64,000 nt of DNA from NCBI GenBank assembly GCA_033763455.1, contig JANRKO010000043.1, forward strand, positions 96,001-160,000, in the 5' to 3' direction. The position numbers and the translations under genes are program-made. This document shows, one piece after another, positions 36,990 to 46,026 of the stretch (its first letter is position 1; every line of letters starts with the position of its first letter). The notes beneath the pieces are model-generated. The model saw only the letters and a list, made by a program, of their open reading frames with translations, did no database searches and was not told the origin of the DNA. This DNA is from Polyangiaceae bacterium. GTDB lineage: Bacteria; Myxococcota_A; Polyangia; Polyangiales; Polyangiaceae.

Positions 36990-38012
36990 ATGATGCCAAA
37001 AATGACCACCCCCCGCTCCTTGTTCCTTTTCCCCATTCTCATCTCCATGTTTTTGAACGGCAGGCCAGCCCTGGCCGAAGGCGCATCCATTGCCAATGCA
37101 TCGCAGCAGCAGAAGAAGGAGGCCACGGAGAGCTACACGAACGGCATGGCCAAGTTCCAGAAGAAGAATTTCGGCCCCGCTATGGCCGACTTCGAACAAT
37201 CTTACGGCGCGGTGAAAAGCCCCAATACGTTGCTCATGGTGGCTCGCTCTTTGATTGAGCTTGGGCAGCTTTCCGAAGGATACCGGCGCTTGCTTCAGAC
37301 CGAACAGGAAGCCGCTCTTGCCAAGAAGACGGCCCCCAAATATGAGGCCACTGAGATCGCCGCGCGCGAAGAACGCGTGGAACTCGGCAAAAAGCTTGGT
37401 TTTTTGACCATTTCGGTGCCTTCGGCCAAACCAGGCGATAAGGTGTTGTTGGAGGGGAGAGAGCTGCTAGCTGCTGATTGGAAAGAACCTGTGCCGGTTA
37501 TGCCCGGTTCGGTTGAGGTAACGCTTGCTTCCGGGAGCGATCGCTTCACCCAGCACGTTGAAGTGAAGGCAGGTGGCACTGCAGCACTATCGTTAGAAGC
37601 ACCGGCGCCTGAGGAGCCAAAAGCAGTAGCAGCAGCCCCTGTGGTTCAGGTTGAGGTCCAGGCAAGCCCGTCGTCTTCGAAACTCCCGTTGTACATCAGC
37701 GGTGGAGTCGGAATTGCCGGGCTGGCAACCTTTGCAATTTTCGGCGCGAGCAGCCGTTCGAAGTACAGCGACCTCGATTCGGCATGCCCCAGCAAGATGA
37801 ACTGCCCTGCCTCCCTCGAAAGCAAGCGTGACGACGGCACGCGAGCTCAAGCTATAGCCAACGTGGGGTTGATGGTCGGGATCTTTGGGGCAAGTTCGGC
37901 AGCTTTCTTCTACCTAACGGGGACGGAAGAGAAACCTGAAGAAGTGCACACGGCTCGCGTACCCAGAGTGGATGTGGGTCTGGGCTCGGTCAGCGTAAGT
38001 GGGAGTTTCTAA
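36990..38012 (+). CDS. Exported TPR + PEGA-like protein
   Basis: Signal peptide ending ALA; TPR-like helices (FEQSY...SPNTLL); beta domain LTISVP...VMPGS; C-terminal hydrophobic hairpin ending SGSF. Confidence 0.75.
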   Translation: MMPKMTTPRSLFLFPILISMFLNGRPALAEGASIANASQQQKKEATESYTNGMAKFQKKNFGPAMADFEQSYGAVKSPNTLLMVARSLIELGQLSEGYRRLLQTEQEAALAKKTAPKYEATEIAAREERVELGKKLGFLTISVPSAKPGDKVLLEGRELLAADWKEPVPVMPGSVEVTLASGSDRFTQHVEVKAGGTAALSLEAPAPEEPKAVAAAPVVQVEVQASPSSSKLPLYISGGVGIAGLATFAIFGASSRSKYSDLDSACPSKMNCPASLESKRDDGTRAQAIANVGLMVGIFGASSAAFFYLTGTEEKPEEVHTARVPRVDVGLGSVSVSGSF

Positions 38013-38218
38013 TGAAGACGTTTGGGATCGCGTGTGTTGCTCTGCTTTTTGGCAGTGTGTTGACGTCAGCCTGCACTCAAGATTTTGAGGCTTTTCAGTT
38101 TGCGGAGGGTGGCGCAGCCGGAATGGCCACGTCGGCAGGTACAGGCGGAAAATCAAGCACAGGGGGCAACAAGGGTAGTGGCGGTCAGAGCAAAACGGGC
38201 GGTGCCGCGGGGTTGTGA
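38012..38218 (+). CDS. Short Gly/Ser-rich lipoprotein, possibly truncated
   Basis: TAATG coupling to the upstream gene, lipobox TSAC, then only a Gly-rich linker. Confidence 0.6.
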   Translation: MKTFGIACVALLFGSVLTSACTQDFEAFQFAEGGAAGMATSAGTGGKSSTGGNKGSGGQSKTGGAAGL

Positions 38219-38297
38219 TCCGGCTTTGGCCCTTTCAGGTGTCGAGGCAAGCGACGTTCTTCTCGTCGTCGGGGTACACGCGTGGTAACCTGAGTCT

Positions 38298-38507
38298 GTG
38301 CCTGCTGATACCGAGCTTGAATCTGACTCCTTTCCAATGCCAGAGATGGACGCAAACGGCGTTGATCTGTCGCAAATCCGTAGAATGCTGGCACTCACGC
38401 CAGCAGAGCGGCTAGCGGTGCTCGAATCGGCCACGGCATCCATGCTAAGCGTGCGAGGTGGTGTCGTCCGGTCCCAAGTACCAAGAGATCCTGATCCGGC
38501 TCGCTGA
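38298..38507 (+). CDS. Small partner protein of nucleotidyltransferase (putative antitoxin-like)
   Basis: GVDLSQIRRMLALTPAERL motif; overlaps the NTase gene. Confidence 0.65.
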   Translation: MPADTELESDSFPMPEMDANGVDLSQIRRMLALTPAERLAVLESATASMLSVRGGVVRSQVPRDPDPAR

Positions 38508-38952
38508 CGCCGAGGTCGAATCGATTGTCGTGGGCATGGCTGCGGCCGTAATTCAGGGCGTCCCGACGATGACATGGGATCTCGATATTGTGCATCGTCG
38601 GACGCAGGATAATGTCGACAGGCTCCTTGGGGTTCTCGCCGATATCGACGCCTTTGCTAGGAACGATAAGCGACGACTGCGGCCCAACGCGACCCATTTG
38701 ATGGGGCCGGGCCATATATTGCTGGAGACCCGATTCGGGGATTTCGACTGTTTGGGGTCGATAGACGGAGCGAGAACCTACGAGGATTTGCTGAGTGCGA
38801 CGCTCGTTGTTGAGGTGGACCGGCGCAAGGTCCGTGTCCTCGCTTTGCGTGAACTGCTCGGAGTCAAGACGAGAGCGGGTCGCCCCAAAGATATTGCGGC
38901 TATTCCTTACCTCCAATCCACCCTCGCAGAAATCGAGGGCAAGCGCGAGTGA
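38458..38952 (+). CDS. Pol-beta-superfamily nucleotidyltransferase (AbiEii/DUF6036-like)
   Basis: VVGMAAA, TWDLDIV, KTRAGRPKD. Confidence 0.8.
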   Translation: MVSSGPKYQEILIRLADAEVESIVVGMAAAVIQGVPTMTWDLDIVHRRTQDNVDRLLGVLADIDAFARNDKRRLRPNATHLMGPGHILLETRFGDFDCLGSIDGARTYEDLLSATLVVEVDRRKVRVLALRELLGVKTRAGRPKDIAAIPYLQSTLAEIEGKRE

Positions 38953-38973
38953 TGCCTAAGTGGCGCTTGACGC

Positions 38974-40056
38974 GTGGGGCCGAAGACGCAAGGCTTCGGT
39001 GCCCAGCTGCGGAAGAGCTTACGCGTGACCTCTGAAAGCCCAAAGAAGCACCGCAATTCACGCGAAGAAGAGTCCGACTCAGAGGAGCAGAGCGGGCAAA
39101 ATGAGGTCGAGGAACTCGACGACGTAGCGATTGAGGCGGAAGCGGTGTTTTCGGACGATGTGCCCGAACCGGCGAACCTCAGCACCGAGAACCGCGGCGC
39201 GCTCGCCAAGACCGACGCGCTGGCCGTTTACATGCGTGAGGTGCAGCGTCACCGTCTACTGAGTGCCGACGAGCAGCATGAGCTCGCCGTTCGTTACGCG
39301 AAAACGGGGGATGTGGAGGCGGCCGCGCAGCTCGTTACGGCCAACCTGCGCTTGGTTGTAAAGATCGCCTACGAATACCGACGCGCGTACCGCAACATGA
39401 TGGATTTAGTGCAAGAGGGCAACATTGGCCTCATGCAGGCGGTCAAGAAGTACGATCCATACCGTGGCGTAAAGCTCTCCAGCTATTCGGCCTGGTGGAT
39501 TCGCGCCTACATGCTCCGGTTCATCCTAAACAACTGGCGCATGGTGAAGATCGGCACCACGCAAGCCCAACGCAAGCTGTTTTTCAATCTCAACAAAGAG
39601 AAAGAGAAGTTGCTTGCTATGGGCATTTCGCCCACCCACGGTGAAATCGCCAAACGTTTGAATGTAGAGGAGCAAGAAGTTGTCGAGATGGATCGCCGCT
39701 TGGCGCGCGGAGATGCATCGCTGGATGCAACTGTGGGTGATGCGGATGGCAAGCAGACCACGCGCATGGATCTACTCCCGGGCGTGGGCACCCCTCCCGA
39801 TGAAGCTGCGGCCGGAGCTGAGCTTCAGGAGCTCGTGCGGACGCACTTGGATGATTTTCGCCTAACGCTCAAGGGCAAAGATGTTGAAATCTTTGATCAG
39901 CGCCTTGTTGCCGACGAACCCCTCACACTGCAAGAATTGGGGGATAAATTTGGCGTTTCTCGCGAGCGCGTGCGCCAGCTAGAGGCGCGCCTCACGGGGA
40001 AATTGCGGGTCTTCCTGGAAGAAAAGCTGGGCGATGCCGTTCGCGTGAGGGATTAG
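38974..40056 (+). CDS. RNA polymerase sigma factor, RpoH/sigma-32 family
   Basis: [26 protein letters not shown], RpoH box [19 protein letters not shown]. Confidence 0.95.
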   Translation: MGPKTQGFGAQLRKSLRVTSESPKKHRNSREEESDSEEQSGQNEVEELDDVAIEAEAVFSDDVPEPANLSTENRGALAKTDALAVYMREVQRHRLLSADEQHELAVRYAKTGDVEAAAQLVTANLRLVVKIAYEYRRAYRNMMDLVQEGNIGLMQAVKKYDPYRGVKLSSYSAWWIRAYMLRFILNNWRMVKIGTTQAQRKLFFNLNKEKEKLLAMGISPTHGEIAKRLNVEEQEVVEMDRRLARGDASLDATVGDADGKQTTRMDLLPGVGTPPDEAAAGAELQELVRTHLDDFRLTLKGKDVEIFDQRLVADEPLTLQELGDKFGVSRERVRQLEARLTGKLRVFLEEKLGDAVRVRD

Positions 40057-40064
40057 CTCGTTTC

Positions 40065-40940
40065 ATGGAACAGCGCCCACGGCCCGCGGCCGCCCTCTAC
40101 GTGGTCGCAACGCCCATCGGGAATCTTGGGGATATCACGCTGCGTGCCGTGGAAACGTTGCGCCAGGTGGAGTGGGTCTTGGCGGAAGATACACGCCGCA
40201 CACGTTCGCTCCTCTCACATTTGGGAATTTCTAAGCCGGTAACTCGTGTGGATGCACACTCAAGCCCTGCCACCCTACAGGGCATCGTCGCCAAGATCGC
40301 CTTGGGGCAGCCCGCTGCATTGGTAACGGATGCTGGCGTTCCAGCGGTGAGTGATCCGGGAGCTTTGTTGGTTGCAGCCGCGACTCAGGGCGGGGTAACG
40401 GTGGTGCCGGTGCCGGGAGCGAGTGCGGTGACGGCAGCGGTTTCTGTGTCTGGCTTTTCGGGGGGAACGTTTTTCTTTTTTGGGTTTCTCCCGAGAAAGG
40501 GCAAAGAGCGCAAGGATGCGCTCGATCGTCTTTGCGCAATGACGGATTCGGTGGTGCTCTTGGAGTCACCCCATCGCTGCCAAGCGACACTCGCGGATTT
40601 GGCTGAACGCACACCGGAGCGTCAGATCTTGGTGGCCCGGGAGCTCACGAAGCTGAACGAGGAGTTGGCGCGAGGTACGGCCGCGGAGCTCGCGGTGCGA
40701 TCGGACTGGCGTGGCGAGATAACGCTGGTGTTGGGCCCCAAGGATGCCCTGGCGTCGGCACCGCTTGACGAGCTTGGCCTCAATGATGCGATTGCCGAAC
40801 GTCTTCTGCAGGGCCAAACGGCCCGGGTGATATCCGCTGAGCTCGCCGTACGCTTCAGCCAGCCTCGTCGCGAGGTTTATGAGCGCGTGCTTGCGCTGAG
40901 AAGCAAGCACCTTGAGGGCGAGCCTTCGGACGACGAATAG
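40065..40940 (+). CDS. rsmI: 16S rRNA C1402 2'-O-methyltransferase
   Basis: LYVVATPIGNLGDIT, AEDTR, DAGVPAVSDPG, ESPHR, RELTK. Confidence 0.96.
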   Translation: MEQRPRPAAALYVVATPIGNLGDITLRAVETLRQVEWVLAEDTRRTRSLLSHLGISKPVTRVDAHSSPATLQGIVAKIALGQPAALVTDAGVPAVSDPGALLVAAATQGGVTVVPVPGASAVTAAVSVSGFSGGTFFFFGFLPRKGKERKDALDRLCAMTDSVVLLESPHRCQATLADLAERTPERQILVARELTKLNEELARGTAAELAVRSDWRGEITLVLGPKDALASAPLDELGLNDAIAERLLQGQTARVISAELAVRFSQPRREVYERVLALRSKHLEGEPSDDE

Positions 40941-40999
40941 CCGCATTTTTTGGCTCCAAGTAGCTCGCCTCGGCTGGGGTGTGGTAAGGGGGGCCACTC

Positions 41000-42634
41000 A
41001 TGTTCGAAGCTCTCAGTAAAGGTTTTCGCGAGGCACAAAATCGTCTGGCCGGGCTCACGGAGCTCGACGAAAAGAACATCAAGCCCGCGCTCAAAGAGGT
41101 GCGCGAGTCTCTGCTGGCAGCCGACGTCGAGCTTGGCGTCGTCAAACGCTTCCTCGCGAATGTGGAGGAAAAGTCGATAGGGCAAACGCTGCGCACACGC
41201 GTAAAGCACGCCGGGGAAACCCGAAGCGTTTCGGCGGCCGAAGCCTTCGTAAAGATCTGCCACGACGAGCTCGTTGAGCTGATGAGCCCGGGCGCTCAGT
41301 CACTGGTTTTTGCCAGCACGGGACGCACGAAGCTGATGATGGTGGGCCTACAAGGCTCCGGCAAAACAACATCTTCGGCCAAGCTGGCCGCTTACCTTAC
41401 TCGGGAAAAGAAAAAGCCGCTGCTCGTGGCCGCCGATATGCAGCGCCCCGCAGCTGTGGAGCAGCTCAAGGTTCTTGGCGAGAAAATTAACGTTCCGGTG
41501 TTCAATATCCCCGGCGAAACGCCGGTGAACATTTGCCGAGCGGCGGATGCGGAGGCCAAGCGCCTGGGTTGCGACGTCATCATTTTCGACACCGCCGGTC
41601 GCCTGGCTATCGACGAAGCTCTGATGCAGGAGCTGGCTGAAATTCAAAGCTCGGTGCGCCCTGAGAACGTGCTCTTGGTGATCGACGCCATGATAGGCCA
41701 AGACGCCGTACAGACCGCTCGCGGATTTCACGACCGCTTGGGCCTAACGGGCGTTGTGCTCACCAAGTTGGATGGAGACGCGCGTGGTGGCGCCGCCCTG
41801 AGCGTGAAAGAAGTCACCGGCGCCCCGGTGCTGTTCGTCGGCATGGGCGAAACCACGGACAAGCTGGAGCCATTTCGTGCCGAAGGCATGGCGAGTCGCG
41901 TGCTCGGCATGGGCGATGTGGTCGGCTTGATGCAGGACTTTGAAGAAGTCATCGACAAGAAGCAAGCGGAGGAAGACGCGCTCCGGATGTTGAGCGGACA
42001 GTTCTCTCTCGAGGATTTTCTGAGCCAGGTGAAGATGATCCAGAAAATGGGGTCACTTAAAGATCTCGTCGATAAGATCCCCGGCATGGGGGGCATGCTT
42101 CCAACTGGCATCAACCTTGACGACAAAGAGCTCACTCGGATCGAAGCCATGATTCAGTCGATGACGCGCGAGGAACGAAGAGATCCTCAAGCGCTCATCC
42201 GTGAGCCATCCCGTGTCAAACGCATCTCCCGCGGCTCCGGTCAGCCCGAGCAGGGCGTGGGTGAGCTGGTTCAGAAGTTCATGTTCATGAAGCAGATGAT
42301 GTCGGGCATGGGTGGGAATCTAGGAATGATGGGCAACATCCCGGGCCTTAGGCAGTTGGCGCAGGCGCGCAACATGAAGAAGGCGATGAAGGGCGGTATG
42401 CCCGGTGGCATCCCCGGCTTTCCGGGAATGGGTGGCTTTCCAGGTATGCCAGGAATGGGTATGCCAGGCTTCCCGGACATGGGTGCAATGGCCGGCATGT
42501 TCGGCGGCATGCCGGGCATGGGCACGGCGGAGCCAGCGGCTCCGCGCATGAAGACGCTCTCGCGTGCCGAGCGCAATGCGAAGAAGAATCAGCGAAAGTC
42601 GCAGCGCGATGCTCGCAAGAAGAACAAGAAGTAG
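41000..42634 (+). CDS. ffh: Signal recognition particle protein
   Basis: GLQGSGKTT, DTAGR, TKLDGDARGGAALS, LGMGDV, Met-rich M domain with long GMPG tail. Confidence 0.98.
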   Translation: MFEALSKGFREAQNRLAGLTELDEKNIKPALKEVRESLLAADVELGVVKRFLANVEEKSIGQTLRTRVKHAGETRSVSAAEAFVKICHDELVELMSPGAQSLVFASTGRTKLMMVGLQGSGKTTSSAKLAAYLTREKKKPLLVAADMQRPAAVEQLKVLGEKINVPVFNIPGETPVNICRAADAEAKRLGCDVIIFDTAGRLAIDEALMQELAEIQSSVRPENVLLVIDAMIGQDAVQTARGFHDRLGLTGVVLTKLDGDARGGAALSVKEVTGAPVLFVGMGETTDKLEPFRAEGMASRVLGMGDVVGLMQDFEEVIDKKQAEEDALRMLSGQFSLEDFLSQVKMIQKMGSLKDLVDKIPGMGGMLPTGINLDDKELTRIEAMIQSMTREERRDPQALIREPSRVKRISRGSGQPEQGVGELVQKFMFMKQMMSGMGGNLGMMGNIPGLRQLAQARNMKKAMKGGMPGGIPGFPGMGGFPGMPGMGMPGFPDMGAMAGMFGGMPGMGTAEPAAPRMKTLSRAERNAKKNQRKSQRDARKKNKK

Positions 42635-42652
42635 CGCTATGGGTCGCATACC

Positions 42653-44149
42653 GTGATCACGCTTCGGAGGGAGCTTGTGGGCCGTGTGCCTGGCGGTAAA
42701 AGCCAAATCAGAGGCTTATGTGGCGCGCTGCTCGCGTTTCTGCTTCTTGCGGGTTGCGGAGGCGAACGGGCACGAGTAGAGCGCGAAAAAGCGCGACTTC
42801 AGGCGTATATCTTGGACGTATCGCCAAGCATTGCGAACCGCCTGGATATTGATTTTGACGGTAAGGTAATGCTGCTCGGTTACGCAGTTCTGCCCCAGAA
42901 GGTCCGCCCTGGCCAACCTGTGCACCTCACACTCTATTGGCAAAGCAAGGCGGATATTGCCGAAGGCTGGACGCTATTCACTCGCCTCTTGGATAGTTCT
43001 GGCGAACAGATCGACAATCTTGACGGCCAGGGGCCTCTGCGTGCGTGGGTGCGCAAGGGCGAAAAGCAAACTCTTGGCCCTGATGCTTGGGAGCGCGGCA
43101 AAATATACGTGGATGAATTGGTATTTACGTTGCCGCTAGACACGAACACAGAAAATGTCCAGATCGTCGCGGGTGTAAAGAACGGTGATGCGCGGTTAGT
43201 ACCCCGCTCGGGCACTCACGATGCGCACAGCAACAGCGCCGTCGTTACGCTTGACGTCGAGTTGGTTCGAAAAGAACCGCCTGTACAGACACCGCCACCG
43301 GTTCCTTTCCTCCGAGTGCTGAAGCTGCCAGCGGGCGCAGCCATTAAGCTCGATGGGCAACTCACCGAGCCACAATGGCAGTCGGCCGCCGCCACGCCAA
43401 GCTTCGTTGATCCGGCAAGTGGCCTACCGAATCCACGCTTGCCTGTTTCAGCCACTGCCAAGGTGTTGTGGGACGATGCGGGCTTCTACCTTGGGTGCAA
43501 CGTGGCAACGGGCAACATAGTAGGTGGCTTCAAGCCGGGTCTTGCCGATCAGCACCTGTGGACCGAAGACGCCGTGGAGGTGTTGATCGATCCGGACGGT
43601 GATGGGGACAATCGGGACTACTACGAGATCCAGGTGAACCCCCAAAACCTGGTCTTTGATTCTCAATTCGACGCCTACAACGTTCCCCGTGATGAAAAGG
43701 CTGGGACCTTTGGTCATCAGGGTTGGTCATCGCATCTGAAAAGCGCGGTGCGAGTCGATGGCACTCTTCACATCGCAACCGATCAAGACCGTGGCTACAC
43801 CGTGGAAATGTTCGTGCCTTGGAAGTCTTTCGCGCTCGCGAAAGTGCGGCCTCCGCATTCAGGAGACGTGTGGCGCATGAATATATACGCGGTGAAGCAA
43901 AATGCCGGTGTCGCGTGGTCGGCCATCATGGGCCAAGGTAATTTTCACACCGCGGGTCGTTTTGGTCGCATTCTGTGGATCGATCCCAGCCTCGAAGAAG
44001 CCTCGCGATCGGGCTCGAATCAAGGTGGGGCCCCGGGAGTGCAAGCGATCCAGCGCAATGCTGCGGCCAACCTCGCACGGCTACGCTCATCTTTATCCCA
44101 AGGCTCACGCGCGGAACGTGTGTTGGAGCTACAGCGCACTTTGAAGTGA
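42653..44149 (+). CDS. Lipoprotein with Ig-like domain and CBM9/DOMON-like domain
   Basis: Lipobox LAGC; LDGQLTEPQW, LWDDAGFY, DAVEVLIDPDGD, YYEIQVNP, YTVEMFVPW. Confidence 0.8.
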   Translation: MITLRRELVGRVPGGKSQIRGLCGALLAFLLLAGCGGERARVEREKARLQAYILDVSPSIANRLDIDFDGKVMLLGYAVLPQKVRPGQPVHLTLYWQSKADIAEGWTLFTRLLDSSGEQIDNLDGQGPLRAWVRKGEKQTLGPDAWERGKIYVDELVFTLPLDTNTENVQIVAGVKNGDARLVPRSGTHDAHSNSAVVTLDVELVRKEPPVQTPPPVPFLRVLKLPAGAAIKLDGQLTEPQWQSAAATPSFVDPASGLPNPRLPVSATAKVLWDDAGFYLGCNVATGNIVGGFKPGLADQHLWTEDAVEVLIDPDGDGDNRDYYEIQVNPQNLVFDSQFDAYNVPRDEKAGTFGHQGWSSHLKSAVRVDGTLHIATDQDRGYTVEMFVPWKSFALAKVRPPHSGDVWRMNIYAVKQNAGVAWSAIMGQGNFHTAGRFGRILWIDPSLEEASRSGSNQGGAPGVQAIQRNAAANLARLRSSLSQGSRAERVLELQRTLK

Positions 44150-44182
44150 TTGAAGCCCTTTCCCTCGGGCAAAAAGAAGCTT

Positions 44183-44662
44183 TCAGAGGTGGTACTGGAG
44201 GCGGAGCTTGCCCTGGGCTTCTTCGCACTGGGTAAGGTGCGTGTGGCTTTCGCGCAATGTGGCTTCGGCCTTTAACAGTCGTTGGAGCAGCACTTCGGCA
44301 CTTGCCGGTGGAGCGTTTGCGCTGGAGGCTCCACTTGCATCACCGGCGTCCGCAGGGTTGAGGGCCCGGCGCACGGTTCGGGTTTCCCCGAGGCTTTGCC
44401 CAAACATCTCATAGGCGTTTACACAAACTTGCTTGAGCGAACAGCCGAGCTCCGGGCCGCACGGCGCCTGGCGCAAAGCTTGAAGGTGAGGATGTTTTTC
44501 AAGGTTGGGCGCGGCTCTGAGTCGATCAATGGCTTGCGAAAGGCGCCCGAGCTGTGCCCTTTCATCACTGGATGGTTCCGCGTTCTTGGCGCAGCTCACC
44601 GCGGCGCTCAACCAGCACACTATTGCTCCAATGTGCAAAAGCCAGCTTGGTAGCCCGCGCAT
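44183..44662 (-). CDS. Hypothetical helical lipoprotein
   Basis: Signal with AVSC lipobox; four further Cys. Confidence 0.65.
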   Translation of the reverse strand: MRGLPSWLLHIGAIVCWLSAAVSCAKNAEPSSDERAQLGRLSQAIDRLRAAPNLEKHPHLQALRQAPCGPELGCSLKQVCVNAYEMFGQSLGETRTVRRALNPADAGDASGASSANAPPASAEVLLQRLLKAEATLRESHTHLTQCEEAQGKLRLQYHL

Positions 44663-44711
44663 TCGAACCCCGCGCAACGGAGCGTTGACGGCCGTGCGAG
44701 CGGAAGGCGCC

Positions 44712-45248
44712 CTACTCACTCTTCTGTGGTGTCGGCCCCATCTGCAGGCGTTCGCCAAGGTAGGCGCCGATGAGTGTGAACATCACGCCCAAAAAGCCGA
44801 GCAGAATGTACATGAAGCCAGGCATCGTCTTTACGGTTTGCCCGGCGTGCAGCAGGAAGGAAGTGGGCATAGCCACCAAAAATACGGCGGCCACGGGCTC
44901 CACGAAGGTTTTGCCTGGGCTCACCAGCCCAATCAGGAGGCCACCCAAAAACCACGTCGGGATGGAGATCACCATTCCCACGTAACCTTCGAAATCTAAG
45001 AACGGAAGCATCATCGGCAGTCCCATGAGTAGCGCCACGGTGACCACCGCTATGATGGCCAGCGATACGCCGAACCATTTCATGCTGAACCCTTCCTGCT
45101 GATAACGCCGCTCCAGCTCTTCTTGCCGGGACATAGCGCGCTTCAGATCTTCAATCTTCGCCCCACACGAGACGCAGCGATCATTGGCGAGGGGGGATTG
45201 ATTCTTAAAACCGCAAAAGGGGCAGATGATTTGCTTCGCCTGTGCCAT
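44712..45248 (-). CDS. Zinc-ribbon membrane protein
   Basis: CPFC...CVSC followed by four TM helices; SD GAGG. Confidence 0.8.
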   Translation of the reverse strand: MAQAKQIICPFCGFKNQSPLANDRCVSCGAKIEDLKRAMSRQEELERRYQQEGFSMKWFGVSLAIIAVVTVALLMGLPMMLPFLDFEGYVGMVISIPTWFLGGLLIGLVSPGKTFVEPVAAVFLVAMPTSFLLHAGQTVKTMPGFMYILLGFLGVMFTLIGAYLGERLQMGPTPQKSE

Positions 45249-45342
45249 GAAACCTCAAGCTTTAAAGAATACCAGCCGAGGGTGCCCCGTACAGGGGTGA
45301 GCTCAGAGCCGACCTAGAATCATCCCGCTGGCTCAACGGCCG

Positions 45343-46026
45343 ATGGAACCCGATGCGCCTTTCGGTGTCTGTGGAAGTGTTTCGTTGCCTCCTTCTTCCA
45401 TACCCGAGCCCCCGAGAGATTTAGCGAGCTTACCTCGGCCCGCGGGCGTTTTGCGTTGGCTCACGGCTGCCGTGCTCCTCTTGGTGCTGGCCGGGAGCTC
45501 GGCCATGGCGGTGGGCCTGCGTCGGGACGCGGCATTTGCGCTCCGGACAGGCAAACCCGACGACATCGGCCAATTGGAGCACCTTCGTCCCGGGCCTGAA
45601 TTGGCGAATCAATGGGTGCGCGCGGAGGCCAAGCTAAGCCCCGGATCGGTAGATTACCGCAGGCCGTTTGAGGCTGCGGTGTTCCGGCTCTTCCCTGTCG
45701 CTTCGGGCGCACCGGTATTCGTTCAAGTGCAGGTGCCGGAAGGGGGCGAGTTTGTGATGCCGTCATCTTTCGTGGGGCGTCTCGTGCCGCTTGAGCAGTT
45801 GGGCATCTACCACCAGGGTCTGAAAGCTGCCCTGGCTTCACGCTTTGGTTCCGCGGAAAACGCGTGGGTCTTGCTGGATGGGGACGCGCCAAGCTCCCAG
45901 CGTTGGGCTCTTGGCCTTGCCCTATTGTGCCTTTCTTTTTCGGCGTTCTCCTTGCTTTCATTCATCGCGCTTTTCTGGCCTAGTGTGCCGACGTCGCATG
46001 AACAACGCGAAACCCAAGAAGCCTAA
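45343..46026 (+). CDS. Hypothetical two-TM membrane protein
   Basis: Two hydrophobic helices flanking a soluble domain; overlaps the thiO start. Confidence 0.7.
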   Translation: MEPDAPFGVCGSVSLPPSSIPEPPRDLASLPRPAGVLRWLTAAVLLLVLAGSSAMAVGLRRDAAFALRTGKPDDIGQLEHLRPGPELANQWVRAEAKLSPGSVDYRRPFEAAVFRLFPVASGAPVFVQVQVPEGGEFVMPSSFVGRLVPLEQLGIYHQGLKAALASRFGSAENAWVLLDGDAPSSQRWALGLALLCLSFSAFSLLSFIALFWPSVPTSHEQRETQEA

